Shown: positions 32,357-42,952, counted from the first letter of the stretch. The stretch: 64,000 nucleotides of DNA from Betaproteobacteria bacterium RIFCSPLOWO2_12_FULL_68_20 (GCA_001770655.1 MERQ01000020.1:4272-68271); one strand, 5' to 3'. Notes: generated by a model not told the origin, from the letters alone. Numbers and translations: made by a program.

Positions 32357-34702
32357 ATGAACGACGCCGCCTTTCCTTCCGGCCAGCCCGGCGCGAGCCA
32401 ATGGATCGGCAAGCCCGTGCGCCGCATCGAGGACGCGCGCCTGCTCACCGGCCATGGCCGGTTCACCGACGACGTACCGCTCGAAAACGCCGCGCACGCC
32501 GCGTTCCTGCGCTCGCCTCACGCGCACGCGAGGATCCGCGCGCTGGACGTGCGTCCCGCGCTCGCCGCGCCGGGCGTGATCTCAGTGTTCACCGGCGCCG
32601 ACGTCGCCGCCGAAGGGCTGAAAAGTCTTCCCTACTTCGCACTGCACAAGCGCCCAGACGGCTCCCCGATGACCGCCCCGCCGCGCATGCCCCTCACGGC
32701 AGACGTCGCGCGTTTCGTAGGCGACCCGGTAGCGCTGGTGGTCGCCGGGACGCGCAACCAGGCGCGCGACGCCGCGGAGCTGATCGAGGCGGACTGGGAG
32801 CCCCTGCCCGCGGCCGCCGATCTCGAAGCTTCGGCCCGGAGCGACGCTCCGCAGGTCTGGCCGGCCGCGTTCGCGCCGGACTACGGCAACATCGCCGCGT
32901 ACTACCGCATGGGCGACCGCGATGCCGTGGCGAAGGCGCTGGCGGCCGCGAAGCACGTGGTGCGCCTGCGCGTCGTCAACAACCGCGTGGTGGCGAATCC
33001 GCTCGAGCCGCGCGCGCTCGCCGCACAGTACGACGCCTCGAGCGAGCGCTACACGCTCTGGTGCCCCACGCAGAACACGCACACCGTGCGCGCGCAGATG
33101 GCGGCGGTGCTCGGCATCGGCGAGGCGCGCCTGCGCGTGGTGTGCACCGACGTGGGCGGAGGATTCGGCGCGCGCGGCTACGCCTATCCGGAGCACGCCG
33201 CGCTGCTCTTTGCCGCGCGGCGCGTCGGGCGCCCCGTGCGCTGGCTCGCCGACCGCTCGGAGAATTTCCTCAGCGAAGTGCACGGCCGCGACAGCATCGC
33301 CGAGGCCGAGCTCGCGATCGACGCCGGGCACCGCTTCACGGCGCTGCGCATCCGCGCGCTCGGCAACGTCGGCGCGTACGTGTCCAATTTCGGCGCGGCC
33401 GTGCCGGCCATGTCCGGCGCGCGCGCGCCGACCGGCGTCTACGCGATCCCGCTCCTCGACCACGAGGTGCGGATCCTGTTCACGCATACCGGCCCGGTGG
33501 ACGCCTATCGCGGCGCCGGGCGCCCGGAGATGGGCTACCTCATCGAGCGGCTGGTGTCGCGCGCGGCGCAGGAGCTCGGCGCCGACCCGGTCGCGCTGCG
33601 CCTGAAGAACCTGATCCCGGCCGCGCGCATGCCGTATACGAATCCCGCAGGCCAGACCTACGATTGCGGCGACTTCGAGCGCATCCTGCGCGGCGCGCTC
33701 GCCGCCGCCGACTGGGAAGGCTTTCCCGCCCGCAAGGCCGCCGCGACCAGGCGCGGCAGGCTCTACGGGCGGGGAATCGCCTCTTACATCGAGATCACCG
33801 GCAGCGCGCGCCTCACCGAGGCGGTGCGTCTCACCGCCGCGCCCGACGGCACGGTGACGCTGCTCTCCGGCGTGCAGCCGATCGGGCAAGGCATCGCGAC
33901 CTCGTTCGCCCAGATCGTCGCGCAGCGCCTCGGCATCGATCCCGAGGCGATCAGGGTGGTGCAGGGCGACACGGACATTGTCGGGTCGGGCGGCGGCGCG
34001 GGCGGATCGCGCGGCTTGCAGGTCGGCGGCAGCGCCGCACTTGCCGGCGCGCTGGCGCTCGTCGAGGCGGGCCGGCTGCTCGCCGCGCAGTCGCTCGAGG
34101 CGGCGGTCGCCGACATCGAATACCGCGAGGGTCGCTTCCGCATCGCCGGCACGGACCGCTCCATAGGGCTGTTCGAGCTCGCGGCCGCGCAGCCCGAGCG
34201 GCGCATCGCGGTCGAGCACACCGAGACCGTGAAGGGGCAGACCTGGCCGAACGGCTGCCAGGTGGTCGAAGTCGAGGTCGATCCCGAAACCGGCGTCGCC
34301 GACGTCGTGCGCCACGCCGCGGTGGACGACTTCGGCACCGTGATCAATCCTCTGATCGCCGAAGGCCAGGTGCACGGCGGCATCGCACAGGGGCTCGGGC
34401 AGGCGCTCATGGAGCAATCGGTCTACGACGCCTCCGGGCAGCTGCTGACCGGCTCCTTCATGGACTATGCCATGCCGCGCGCCGAGCTCGTTCCCGCGCT
34501 GAGCACGCGGTTCGACGAATCGGTCCCGACCCGGCTCAACCCGCTCGGCGCGAAAGGCGCCGGCGAGGCCGGCTGCCACGGCGCCATGCCGGCGCTGGTG
34601 AACGCGGTGCTCGACGCGCTCGCCGAGCGCGGCGTCACGACGCTCGACATGCCGCTCACGTCCGAGCGCGTCTGGCGCGCGCTCAGCACCCGAGCCGCTT
34701 GA
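32357..34702 (+). CDS. Xanthine dehydrogenase family molybdopterin-binding subunit (CoxL form II-like)
   Basis: RIEDARLLTG.G.F.DD, GGGFG, AYRGAGRPE, QVHGGIAQG and KGAGE. Confidence 0.85.
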   Translation: MNDAAFPSGQPGASQWIGKPVRRIEDARLLTGHGRFTDDVPLENAAHAAFLRSPHAHARIRALDVRPALAAPGVISVFTGADVAAEGLKSLPYFALHKRPDGSPMTAPPRMPLTADVARFVGDPVALVVAGTRNQARDAAELIEADWEPLPAAADLEASARSDAPQVWPAAFAPDYGNIAAYYRMGDRDAVAKALAAAKHVVRLRVVNNRVVANPLEPRALAAQYDASSERYTLWCPTQNTHTVRAQMAAVLGIGEARLRVVCTDVGGGFGARGYAYPEHAALLFAARRVGRPVRWLADRSENFLSEVHGRDSIAEAELAIDAGHRFTALRIRALGNVGAYVSNFGAAVPAMSGARAPTGVYAIPLLDHEVRILFTHTGPVDAYRGAGRPEMGYLIERLVSRAAQELGADPVALRLKNLIPAARMPYTNPAGQTYDCGDFERILRGALAAADWEGFPARKAAATRRGRLYGRGIASYIEITGSARLTEAVRLTAAPDGTVTLLSGVQPIGQGIATSFAQIVAQRLGIDPEAIRVVQGDTDIVGSGGGAGGSRGLQVGGSAALAGALALVEAGRLLAAQSLEAAVADIEYREGRFRIAGTDRSIGLFELAAAQPERRIAVEHTETVKGQTWPNGCQVVEVEVDPETGVADVVRHAAVDDFGTVINPLIAEGQVHGGIAQGLGQALMEQSVYDASGQLLTGSFMDYAMPRAELVPALSTRFDESVPTRLNPLGAKGAGEAGCHGAMPALVNAVLDALAERGVTTLDMPLTSERVWRALSTRAA

Positions 34703-35555
34703 TCGCCTCGGCCACCGCGGCCGGCGTATCGACCACGCACGCGCCGGCCGCCTCGAGCGCGCCGCGCTTCGCTGCATAGCTGCCGCGGCTCCCCATCACG
34801 ATCGCGCCGGCGTGGCCCATCTTCTTGCCGGGCGGCGAGGCGCGTCCGGCGATGAAGGCCACTACGGGCTTGCACACGCTCGCGATCATGCCCGCCGCGG
34901 CCTCCTCCATCGTGCCGCCGATCTCGCCCACCAGCACGATCCCGGAGGTGCGCTCGTCGGCCTCGAACGCCCGCAGGGCGTCTGTCGCGGTCGTCCCCAG
35001 CATTGGATCGCCCCCGATGCCGATGAAGGCGGACTGGCCGTAGCCCGCGTCGACCAGGCTCAGGCAGACGAGCGTGCCGAGGCTGCCGCTGCGTGAGACC
35101 ACGCCGATATCGCCCGGCCGGAACACGCGCGCGTTGAAGGCCGGCATGATTCCCACGAACGCCTCGCCCGGCGTCACCAGCCCCGCCGTGTTCGGGCCGA
35201 CGATGCGGCACCCGGCCGCCGCGGCGAGGGCGTGCATGCGCATCACGTCGTGGGCGGGGATGTGCTCGGTGAGCACCACCAGCAGCCGCACGCCCGCAGC
35301 GATCGCGTCCGCGGCCGCCTCCAGAGCGGCCGCAGGCGGTATGAACATCACGGATACGTCGGCGCCGCCGATGCTGCGCGCCGCGTCGCGCACCGTCGCG
35401 AATACCGGGACCCCGCAATGCGTCTCGCCGGCGCGCCTGGGATTCACGCCCGCCACCACGCGCGTGCCGTAAGCGAGCATCTTCTCGGTCCAGAAGCTTC
35501 CCTGGCGGCCGGTGATTCCCTGCACCACCACGCGATCCCCGCCGCGCACGATCAT
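34683..35555 (-). CDS. ADP-forming CoA ligase alpha subunit (SucD-like; probable sulfoacetate-CoA ligase)
   Basis: VQGITGRQG, GPNTAG, SRSGSL, GEIGG and the phospho-His motif MGHAGA. Confidence 0.85.
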   Translation of the reverse strand: MIVRGGDRVVVQGITGRQGSFWTEKMLAYGTRVVAGVNPRRAGETHCGVPVFATVRDAARSIGGADVSVMFIPPAAALEAAADAIAAGVRLLVVLTEHIPAHDVMRMHALAAAAGCRIVGPNTAGLVTPGEAFVGIMPAFNARVFRPGDIGVVSRSGSLGTLVCLSLVDAGYGQSAFIGIGGDPMLGTTATDALRAFEADERTSGIVLVGEIGGTMEEAAAGMIASVCKPVVAFIAGRASPPGKKMGHAGAIVMGSRGSYAAKRGALEAAGACVVDTPAAVAEAIKRLGC

Positions 35556-36643
35556 CGCGCGGCCGCCACCGCCGCGCGCACGGCGTCTTCCATGCGATCG
35601 AAAGGCTCGAGCTCGAGCCGCTCCCGGATCAGGCGAACCGCCTCCTCCTCGCCGGTGCCGTGGACCGAAAAGAACACCGGCAAGGTCGGCTGCAGCGTTT
35701 CCCAGGCGCGCACTACGCCCTCGGCCATGACGTCGGTGCGCGCGAACGCTCCGCAGAAGTTGACGATCAGGCTCTTGACGCGCGGGTTGGCCAGCACCAG
35801 CTCGAGCGCAGCGGTCGCCTTGGTGTACGCCTCGCCGCCGATCTCGAGAAAATTCGCCGGCGCTCCGCCGTAGTGCTCGATCACGTCCATGGTGGTCATG
35901 GTGAGGCCCGCGCCGTTGGCGAGCACCCCGATATCGCCCGGCAGCTCGATGTACTTGAGCCCGAGCTCCCGTCCGCGTTCCTCGAGCGCGCTGAGCTTCT
36001 CGCGCGCCCCTCGCCCGGCGAGCCCAGGCTGGCGGTAGAGCGCCGCGTCGTCGATGGTGAGCTTGCAATCCAGGGCGAGCAGGCCGCCGCCGCGCAGGCG
36101 CGCGAGCGGGTTGATTTCCACCAGCTCGGCGTCGGTGCGCGCGTAGATGTCGTACAGGCGCGCCAGCACGTCCGAAACGTCGTCGTCCTGCACTCTTGAA
36201 AAGATCTGTTTGCGTTCCACGCCTTGCATGATGTCGACTGGAATGCGGATCAGCGCTTCGGGGTTGTCCTCGATGTCCATGCCGCCCGTGGCGGAGAACA
36301 GGATCAGCGGCGCGCGCGATTCGACGTCGTTCAGCACCGCGACGTAGAGCTCTTGCGCGATGTCCGCACGCTTCTCGACCAGCACCCGGCTCACGCGGTG
36401 GCCGGCGATCTCCATGCCGAGAATTGCCTCGGCCGCGGCACGCGCATCGGCGACGTTGTCGACCAGGCGTACGCCGCCCGCCTTGCCGCGCTTGCCCGCC
36501 GGCACCTGCGCCTTGATGGCGCAAGGGCCCAGCCGCTCGGCCGCCGCCGCCGCCGCCTCTGCGTCCGCGCATAGCTCGCCCGGCGGCACGGCGATGCCGG
36601 CCTCGGCGAGCACGCGCTTGCCTTCGGCTTCCTCCAGGTCCAT
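35552..36643 (-). CDS. ADP-forming CoA ligase beta subunit (SucC-like; probable sulfoacetate-CoA ligase)
   Basis: KAQVPAGKRGKAGGV, VEINPL, NGAGLTMTTMD and NFLEIGG. Confidence 0.85.
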   Translation of the reverse strand: MDLEEAEGKRVLAEAGIAVPPGELCADAEAAAAAAERLGPCAIKAQVPAGKRGKAGGVRLVDNVADARAAAEAILGMEIAGHRVSRVLVEKRADIAQELYVAVLNDVESRAPLILFSATGGMDIEDNPEALIRIPVDIMQGVERKQIFSRVQDDDVSDVLARLYDIYARTDAELVEINPLARLRGGGLLALDCKLTIDDAALYRQPGLAGRGAREKLSALEERGRELGLKYIELPGDIGVLANGAGLTMTTMDVIEHYGGAPANFLEIGGEAYTKATAALELVLANPRVKSLIVNFCGAFARTDVMAEGVVRAWETLQPTLPVFFSVHGTGEEEAVRLIRERLELEPFDRMEDAVRAAVAAAR

Positions 36644-38050
36644 CTACTTCCCGTAGCGGGCGTGGAACGCGCCGAAGATCTCGTCTTCGGCAGGCACCCT
36701 TTCGGGGATGACGCGGGCGATGCGGGTGATGTTCAGGAAGTGGCGCCAGTGCATGTTGTCCGAGAAGCTGTTGCCGCCCCAGGTGCCGCAGCCCATCGAG
36801 AGCGAGAACGGCAGCCCGTTGTCGAAGCTGCCGCCCGTGGCGATGCAGTGCGCCTGGTTGACGATCACCCGCGCGACCGGCATCTCGAGACCGAGGCGCA
36901 TCACCTGGCCTTCGTCGCGCGTGTGGATCGAGACCGAATGACCCTTGCCCTGGTAGTCGTAGATGCGGCGCGTGAGCTCGAACGCCTCGTCGAAATCCCG
37001 CGCCCGGTATACCGCGAGCACCGGCGCGAGCTTCTCTCCGGAGAACGGGTACGCGCGTCCGGCGCCCGTTTCTTCGACCATCAGGAACCGGGCGTCGCTC
37101 TTCAGGCCGGCAAGCCCGGCGATGCGCGTCGCGGACTGCGCCGTTGTCTGCGCCGAGAGCTTGCCGCCCGGAAACATGACCTCCTGCAGCTTCGCCTTGC
37201 CGGCCTCGTCGAGCATCTCGCCGCCCTGCTTTTCAAGCTCCCTCACCATCTCGTCGTAGACCGCAGCCAGGATCACCACCGCGTTCTCCGACGAGCAGCT
37301 GGTCGCATTGTCGAAGGTCTTGGAGAGCGCGATCTTCTCGGCGGCGCGGGCGAGGTCCGCGGTCGTATCGACGATCGAAACCACGTTGCCCTGCCCGACC
37401 CCGATCGCCGGTCTGCCGCTGGAATAGGCGGCGCGGATGTTCGACTGCGAGCCGGTGGCGGCGACGAGATCCGCCTGGCGCATCAGCTCGCGGGTCGATT
37501 CCCTGGTCACCGGGTCGGGCAGGACCTGCACCAGATCCTCCGGTGCGCCGACTTTCCTCAACTCGTGGTGGACGAACTCGAGCAGCTTCGCGCAGGTGGA
37601 GTAGCCCTTGGGCGAGGGTGCGAGGATGATCGCGTTGCCGCACTTCAGCGCATTGATGATCTGGTTGGCGGGAGTCGCACCGGGGTTGGTCGACGGCGTG
37701 ATGGCGGCCACGACCCCGACCGGGCGGGCGATCTCGGTGATCCCGCGCTCCGGGTGCTCGGCGATCACACCGACGGTGCGCACGCCCCGGAGATCGCGCA
37801 GCAGCCCCAGCGTCTTGCGGTGGTTCTTGGCGAGCTTGTCGGCCGCGCTGCCCAGGCCGGTGTCGCGAACCGCGAGCTCGGCGAGCGCGCGGTTGTTCTC
37901 CGGCTTCATGATGGCCCACCCGCAGGCGAGCGCCGCCGCGTCGATGCGTTCCTGCGGCCAGCGCTCGTAGCGCGCCTGCGCGGCGCGCGCCCGGGCCACC
38001 AGGCCGGCTACCAGATCGTGCGCCGCGTCGACTTGCAGGTTGGCTGCCAT
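36644..38050 (-). CDS. sauS: Acylating sulfoacetaldehyde dehydrogenase
   Basis: Acylating aldehyde dehydrogenase fold: PSTNP, SKTFDNATSCSSEN, EKL.PV and GGSFDNGLPFSLSMGCGTWG; same operon as xsc. Confidence 0.85.
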   Translation of the reverse strand: MAANLQVDAAHDLVAGLVARARAAQARYERWPQERIDAAALACGWAIMKPENNRALAELAVRDTGLGSAADKLAKNHRKTLGLLRDLRGVRTVGVIAEHPERGITEIARPVGVVAAITPSTNPGATPANQIINALKCGNAIILAPSPKGYSTCAKLLEFVHHELRKVGAPEDLVQVLPDPVTRESTRELMRQADLVAATGSQSNIRAAYSSGRPAIGVGQGNVVSIVDTTADLARAAEKIALSKTFDNATSCSSENAVVILAAVYDEMVRELEKQGGEMLDEAGKAKLQEVMFPGGKLSAQTTAQSATRIAGLAGLKSDARFLMVEETGAGRAYPFSGEKLAPVLAVYRARDFDEAFELTRRIYDYQGKGHSVSIHTRDEGQVMRLGLEMPVARVIVNQAHCIATGGSFDNGLPFSLSMGCGTWGGNSFSDNMHWRHFLNITRIARVIPERVPAEDEIFGAFHARYGK

Positions 38051-38066
38051 GCGAAGGAAAGCGATT

Positions 38067-39560
38067 TTATCGCGTACGCCAGCGCCGCAGCGCCGGATAG
38101 GCGAGCGCGACGATCGCGAGCGCCATCACCACGCCGGCAACCGGGCGCGTGAAGAGCACGGTCCAGTCGTTGTCGTGGCTGATCATCGTGGTCATGAAGG
38201 CGTTTTCCGCCAGCGGGCCGAGGATCGAGCCCAGCACCATCGGCGCGATCGGGAAGCGGAACCGCTCGAACAGGTAGCCGATCACCCCGAACGCGGTGAT
38301 GACATAAAGGTCGGTGAGGTTGTTGCGGGCGGCGAAGGCGCCTACGAAGCAGAACATGACCACGAAGGCCGAGACCACCGCCTCGGGAAACGCGAGCACC
38401 CTGACCAGCAGCTTGATGGCGAAGTACCCGAGCAGGCACATGCCGAGCACCGCGACGAAAAGCGAAGCGAAGATCGCGTACACGGTGTCGCCCGAGCTCA
38501 CGAACACCTGCGGGCCGGGCTGCACGCCCTTCAGCAGAAAGGCCGCGAGGATGATGGCCGTCGCGCCGCTGCCGGGAATGCCCATCGTGAGGAGCGGTAT
38601 CAGCGCGCCGCCGACCGAGGCGGTGGCCGCGGTCTGCGGGGCGAGAATGCCTTCCGGAATGCCGCTGCCCAGTTCCTTGCGGCGCCTGCCGTACTGGCCC
38701 TCGGCGCCGTACGAAACGAAGGAGGCGATGGTCGCGCCCGCCCCCGGAATGATGCCCACCAGGATGCCGATGAGCGAGCTGCGAATGAAAGTCGCCTTGG
38801 TCGCGAGCAGCTCTTTCAGCCGCGGCAACTCGGTGCGGATCGGCGCGCCCTTCCCGGCTCCGGCCGTCTGGGTCCTGAACCCCTGCTCGAGCCGGGTGAA
38901 CACCTCGCCCAGACCGTAGGCGCCGACCATCACCAGCAGGTACTCGATGCCGTCGCTCAGCATGCGAACGCCGAACGCGAAGCGCTCGGCGCCGTAGGTC
39001 TCGTCGGTTCCCACCGTGGCGATCAGCAGGCCGATGAACAGGCTGATGAGCGCGTTGGTGACCGAGCCGCCGCCCAGGGAGACCACGCTGGTCAGGCCGA
39101 ACAGGATGATGGCGAGAAATTCCGGCGCCGAGAAAGTGAGGGCGAGCCGCGCTACCGGCTCGGAAAGCAGCACCAGCACCAGCGCCGCCACCAGCCCGCC
39201 GCCCAGCGCGCCGAACAGCGTCCAGCCGAGCGCCTTGGCGGGCGCCCCGGCACGCGCCATGGCGTAGCCGTCCCAGAGCAGCGGCACGTCGATCGGCTCG
39301 CCGGGAATGCGGAACAGGATCGACGTGAACGCTCCGCCGTAGGTCCCCGACACGTACATCGCAGTGAGGAGGATGATGGCCGGCGTCAATTCCATGCGGT
39401 AGGTGAACGGCAGGGCGAGCACCACGCCCATCACGAGAGTCAGGCCCGGCAGCACCGCCACCAGAAGACCGAGAACCAGCCCGATCGCGAGCACGAGCAG
39501 GTTGACCGGCTGCAGCACGTCGGCGAAGCCGCCGGCGAGATGCGTGAGCGTCTCGAGCAC
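38067..39560 (-). CDS. Tripartite tricarboxylate transporter permease (TctA)
   Basis: YGGAFTSILFRIPG, IIPGAGA and LTMGIPGS; polytopic membrane protein. Confidence 0.88.
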   Translation of the reverse strand: MLETLTHLAGGFADVLQPVNLLVLAIGLVLGLLVAVLPGLTLVMGVVLALPFTYRMELTPAIILLTAMYVSGTYGGAFTSILFRIPGEPIDVPLLWDGYAMARAGAPAKALGWTLFGALGGGLVAALVLVLLSEPVARLALTFSAPEFLAIILFGLTSVVSLGGGSVTNALISLFIGLLIATVGTDETYGAERFAFGVRMLSDGIEYLLVMVGAYGLGEVFTRLEQGFRTQTAGAGKGAPIRTELPRLKELLATKATFIRSSLIGILVGIIPGAGATIASFVSYGAEGQYGRRRKELGSGIPEGILAPQTAATASVGGALIPLLTMGIPGSGATAIILAAFLLKGVQPGPQVFVSSGDTVYAIFASLFVAVLGMCLLGYFAIKLLVRVLAFPEAVVSAFVVMFCFVGAFAARNNLTDLYVITAFGVIGYLFERFRFPIAPMVLGSILGPLAENAFMTTMISHDNDWTVLFTRPVAGVVMALAIVALAYPALRRWRTR

Positions 39561-39567
39561 GAGATTC

Positions 39568-40122
39568 CTACTTCACGCCCATCAGCGAGAGCACCGCATA
39601 GGAGAGCGCGCCGAACGGCCCCACCCCCGGCGGCAGGGAAACGTAGACGATGCGCATGAAGACGAACAGCAGCGCGGCGGCTCCGGCGAGGCTCGCGGCG
39701 GCGATGACCGCGTAGCGCCGGTAGCGGCCTACGCGCATGAAGGCGGCGAGATAGAGCGCGGTGGCGAGGAGAAATCCCAGCACGTCGACCAGCGCGACGT
39801 AGAGGACCGTGATCCCGATTCCCGCCAGCAGCCGCCGGAACGACCTCGGCGCCGCACCGCCGCTTTCGGCGTCGTCCGCCGCCTTCTCCAGGAAGGACTG
39901 CAGCAGCCCGGAAACCTCGCTGCCGGCACGCCCGAGGAAACTGCGCCCGATCTCGTACAGGCAGACCGTCGCGAGCAGGCCGAGCACGATCTTCGGCCAG
40001 GCGTCCGGGCCGAGACGGCCGCCCGGAGCGCTGAACTCGAACCTTTCCGCGAGGGCGTAAAAATAGGCCGCCGCCCCCAGCAGGACGGCGTAGGGGGCGG
40101 ACCTTCCCAGCCGGTCGAGCAC
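39568..40122 (-). CDS. Tripartite tricarboxylate transporter TctB
   Basis: Four TM helices with GPDAWP and LPPG; lies between the tctC and tctA genes. Confidence 0.75.
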   Translation of the reverse strand: MLDRLGRSAPYAVLLGAAAYFYALAERFEFSAPGGRLGPDAWPKIVLGLLATVCLYEIGRSFLGRAGSEVSGLLQSFLEKAADDAESGGAAPRSFRRLLAGIGITVLYVALVDVLGFLLATALYLAAFMRVGRYRRYAVIAAASLAGAAALLFVFMRIVYVSLPPGVGPFGALSYAVLSLMGVK

Positions 40123-40123
40123 G

Positions 40124-41074
40124 CTACTTCTTGGGCAGCAGCGCGGCGACCTTCTTCATCGCTGCCAGCTCGCCGTCCATGAACTTCTGCGCGTCCTTGC
40201 CGGGGATGAAGCTGTCGCGCAGCGCCCACTGCTGCTTGAGGTACGCGTAATACTCCGGGTCCTTCGCCGCCTTCTCGATCGCGTCGGCCAGGACCTTGAC
40301 TCTCTTCGGATCGGTCCCCGCGCGCACGATGATGGAGCGGAACTGCGGCAGGTAGATGTCGAAGCCCAGCTCCTTCGACGCCGGAACGTCGGGGAACACG
40401 TCGTAGATGCGGTCGGTGTGGAAGAAGATCACCGGCTTGAGCTTGCCGCCGTCGATCATCGCCCTGACGTCGCCCGCCTGCTCGTAGAGCACATCGGCAT
40501 GCCCGCCCAGCACCGCCGCGTAGCGCTCGCCCGGCTTGGCGTAGGGCACCGAGGCCATGCGAATGCCCTTGGACGCGAAGTAGTTCACCGTCATGTCGTC
40601 GAGCGTGCCGAAGCCCGTGACCCCGACCTTGAGCTTGCCGGGGTTCGCCTTCGCCGCCTTCACGAGATCGTTCCAGGTCTTGTACGGACCGTCGCTGCGG
40701 ACAAAGAACCCCGAAGGCTGGCGAATCATGATGGCGAGCGGGACGTAGTCGCCCGGCTTCCACCTGGGGCTGGCCGTCGCAATCTGCGCATAGGTGTCGG
40801 CGATGAATATCGACATCGCGTGGCCGTCGTTCGCCCCGGCCAGCAGCTTCGCCATCCCGGTGTTGCCCGAGGCACCGGGAACGTTCAGCACCGGGAACGA
40901 GACCTTCAGATCCGCCTCGAGCAGCGATCCGACCTTGCGCGCCACCTGGTCGGCGCCGCCGCCCGGACCCCACGGCACGATGAACTCGATCGGACGCGTC
41001 GGGAACTTCTCCTGCGCCCATGCGCTCGCCGCCGCGGCAAGCGCCAGCACCGCCACCATCAATCGTTTGACCAT
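40124..41074 (-). CDS. Tripartite tricarboxylate transporter substrate-binding protein (TctC/Bug)
   Basis: Signal peptide, FPTRPIEFIVPWGPGGGAD, NVPGASG and VPYAKPGE...VLGGH. Confidence 0.88.
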   Translation of the reverse strand: MVKRLMVAVLALAAAASAWAQEKFPTRPIEFIVPWGPGGGADQVARKVGSLLEADLKVSFPVLNVPGASGNTGMAKLLAGANDGHAMSIFIADTYAQIATASPRWKPGDYVPLAIMIRQPSGFFVRSDGPYKTWNDLVKAAKANPGKLKVGVTGFGTLDDMTVNYFASKGIRMASVPYAKPGERYAAVLGGHADVLYEQAGDVRAMIDGGKLKPVIFFHTDRIYDVFPDVPASKELGFDIYLPQFRSIIVRAGTDPKRVKVLADAIEKAAKDPEYYAYLKQQWALRDSFIPGKDAQKFMDGELAAMKKVAALLPKK

Positions 41075-41097
41075 ATCCTCCTCCCTTTGGTCTGACC

Positions 41098-42879
41098 TCA
41101 AACGCAGCTCTTGTATTTCTCCAGCAGCCGCACCGGCTTCTTCAGCGCGTCGCGCCGGAACGGGTCGCCGAGCTCGCGCGTGCACATCATCTCGACGATC
41201 GTCGTCTTGCCTTCCTTCTGCGCCTTGCAGGCGTCGCGCAGCGCAGCGCCCACTTCGGAGACCTTTTCCACCCGGACTCCCTCGGCGCCCATCGCCCGGG
41301 CGATGCCGGCGAAGCTCGGGTTCTCCAGGTTCACTCCGAGGAAGCGGTTGGAGTAGAAGTCGACGTGGTTCTTCTTCTCGGCACCCCATTGCTCGTTGTT
41401 GAACACCACCGCGGTCACGGGGATTTTCTCGCGCACGCAGGTGAGGATCTCGCCGAAGCTCATTCCCCAGGCGCCGTCGCCGACGTAGGCGATCGCCGTG
41501 CGCCCGGGCGCGGCGACCTTGCAGCCGATCATGGTCGGGAAGGCGTAGCCGCAGTTGCCGAACATCATGGCGCCGAACATGCTGCGCGGGCGCTCGAACT
41601 TGAGGTAGCTGTTGGCGATCTGGCAGATGTTGCCGATGTCGGTCGACACCATCGCGTCGCCGGGCATGGCCTTCTCCAGCTCGCGCAGCATCTGCCTCGG
41701 GTGCATGTGCCTGGATCCCTTCGCGACTTCCAGGCTCCAGGCGTCCTTCTCGTGATCCCAGCCGGCGAGCTCGCCGCTCCAGGCCTGCTTCTCCGCCTGG
41801 ACCAGCTTCGCGATCTCGTCGCGCGGCGCCGCGAGCGTGCGGCTCTTCAAACGCGACAGCAGCGCGCGCGCCGCCGCGGCGGGGTCGCCGCATACCGTAA
41901 CCGCCGTTTTCTTCACCAGACCGAGCACTCTCGGGTCGGCGTCCACCTGCACCAGCTTCGCGTTCTGCGGCCAGTAGTCGAACCCGTATTGCGGCAGAAC
42001 GCCGAACGGCCCCAGGCGCGAGCCGAGCGCGAGCACCACGTCGGCCTTGCTGATGATCTTCATCGCCGCCTTGGAGCCGTGGTAGCCGAGCGGCCCGCAC
42101 GCGAGCGCGTGGCCTGCCGGGAAGGAGTCGTTGTGCAGGTACGAGTTGCACACTGGAGCGCCGAGCGCCTCGGCGAGCGCGACGCAGTCCTGCACCCCGT
42201 CCGACATCACGACGCCGCCGCCGGCGATGATCACCGGGAACTTCGCCTGCGCGAGCGCCTCGGCCGCGGCGTCGAGGCTGCGCTCCCCGCCGGCGCCGCG
42301 CTCGATGCGGATCGGCTGCGGCACCTCGCACTCGATCTCGCCGTACAGGTAGTCGCGCGGGATGTTGATCTGCGCGGGCCCCATCTCCAGGAGCGCACGG
42401 TCGAACGCGCGCGCGGTGAGCTCGGCCATGCGCGCCGGGTTGTTCACGTGCGCCTGGAACTTGGTGATCTTCGAGAAGATCGGCAGCTGGTCGGCTTCCT
42501 GGAACCCGCCCAGCCCGACCGACATCGTGCCGGCTTCCGGAGTGATCGCGATCACCGGCGAGTGCGCCCAGTAGGCCGCGGCGATCGCCGTGACGAAATT
42601 GGTGATGCCTGGGCCGTTCTGCCCGATGCACACGCCGTGGCGCCCCGAGACGCGCGAGTAGCCGTCGGCCATGTGCGCCGCGCCCTGCTCGTGCACCGTG
42701 GGCACGAAGCGGATGCCGGCGGCGGGAAAGAGGTCGAGCGCGTCCATGTACGCCGAGCCCACGATGCCGAACACCTCGGTCACGCCCTGCGCGACCAGCG
42801 TCTCGACGAACGCCTCGGAGGGCGTCATGCGCGTGCGGCCGGAGACGACCATGCGCTTCACTTCGGCGATGTTGGTCAT
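41098..42879 (-). CDS. xsc: Sulfoacetaldehyde acetyltransferase
   Basis: ThDP enzyme with Xsc-typical MTPSEAFVETL, GIVGSAYMD, GQNGPGITN, GDGAWGMS and WGAEKKN. Confidence 0.93.
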   Translation of the reverse strand: MTNIAEVKRMVVSGRTRMTPSEAFVETLVAQGVTEVFGIVGSAYMDALDLFPAAGIRFVPTVHEQGAAHMADGYSRVSGRHGVCIGQNGPGITNFVTAIAAAYWAHSPVIAITPEAGTMSVGLGGFQEADQLPIFSKITKFQAHVNNPARMAELTARAFDRALLEMGPAQINIPRDYLYGEIECEVPQPIRIERGAGGERSLDAAAEALAQAKFPVIIAGGGVVMSDGVQDCVALAEALGAPVCNSYLHNDSFPAGHALACGPLGYHGSKAAMKIISKADVVLALGSRLGPFGVLPQYGFDYWPQNAKLVQVDADPRVLGLVKKTAVTVCGDPAAAARALLSRLKSRTLAAPRDEIAKLVQAEKQAWSGELAGWDHEKDAWSLEVAKGSRHMHPRQMLRELEKAMPGDAMVSTDIGNICQIANSYLKFERPRSMFGAMMFGNCGYAFPTMIGCKVAAPGRTAIAYVGDGAWGMSFGEILTCVREKIPVTAVVFNNEQWGAEKKNHVDFYSNRFLGVNLENPSFAGIARAMGAEGVRVEKVSEVGAALRDACKAQKEGKTTIVEMMCTRELGDPFRRDALKKPVRLLEKYKSCV

Positions 42880-42952
42880 GAAAGGGCCTCGCAAGAAAGA
42901 AGGCGCCTCAGTTTCTCACAGGTGGCGTTTTAGAAAATGATAATCTGGTGAA

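Noticed and set aside
32357-34702. Bona fide aerobic CO dehydrogenase
   Set aside because: It has AYRGAGR rather than the form I AYXCSFR motif, and no coxM/coxS or accessory genes are present.
34683-36643. Housekeeping succinyl-CoA synthetase sucCD
   Set aside because: The sequences are divergent and lie in an operon with sauS and xsc rather than with TCA genes.
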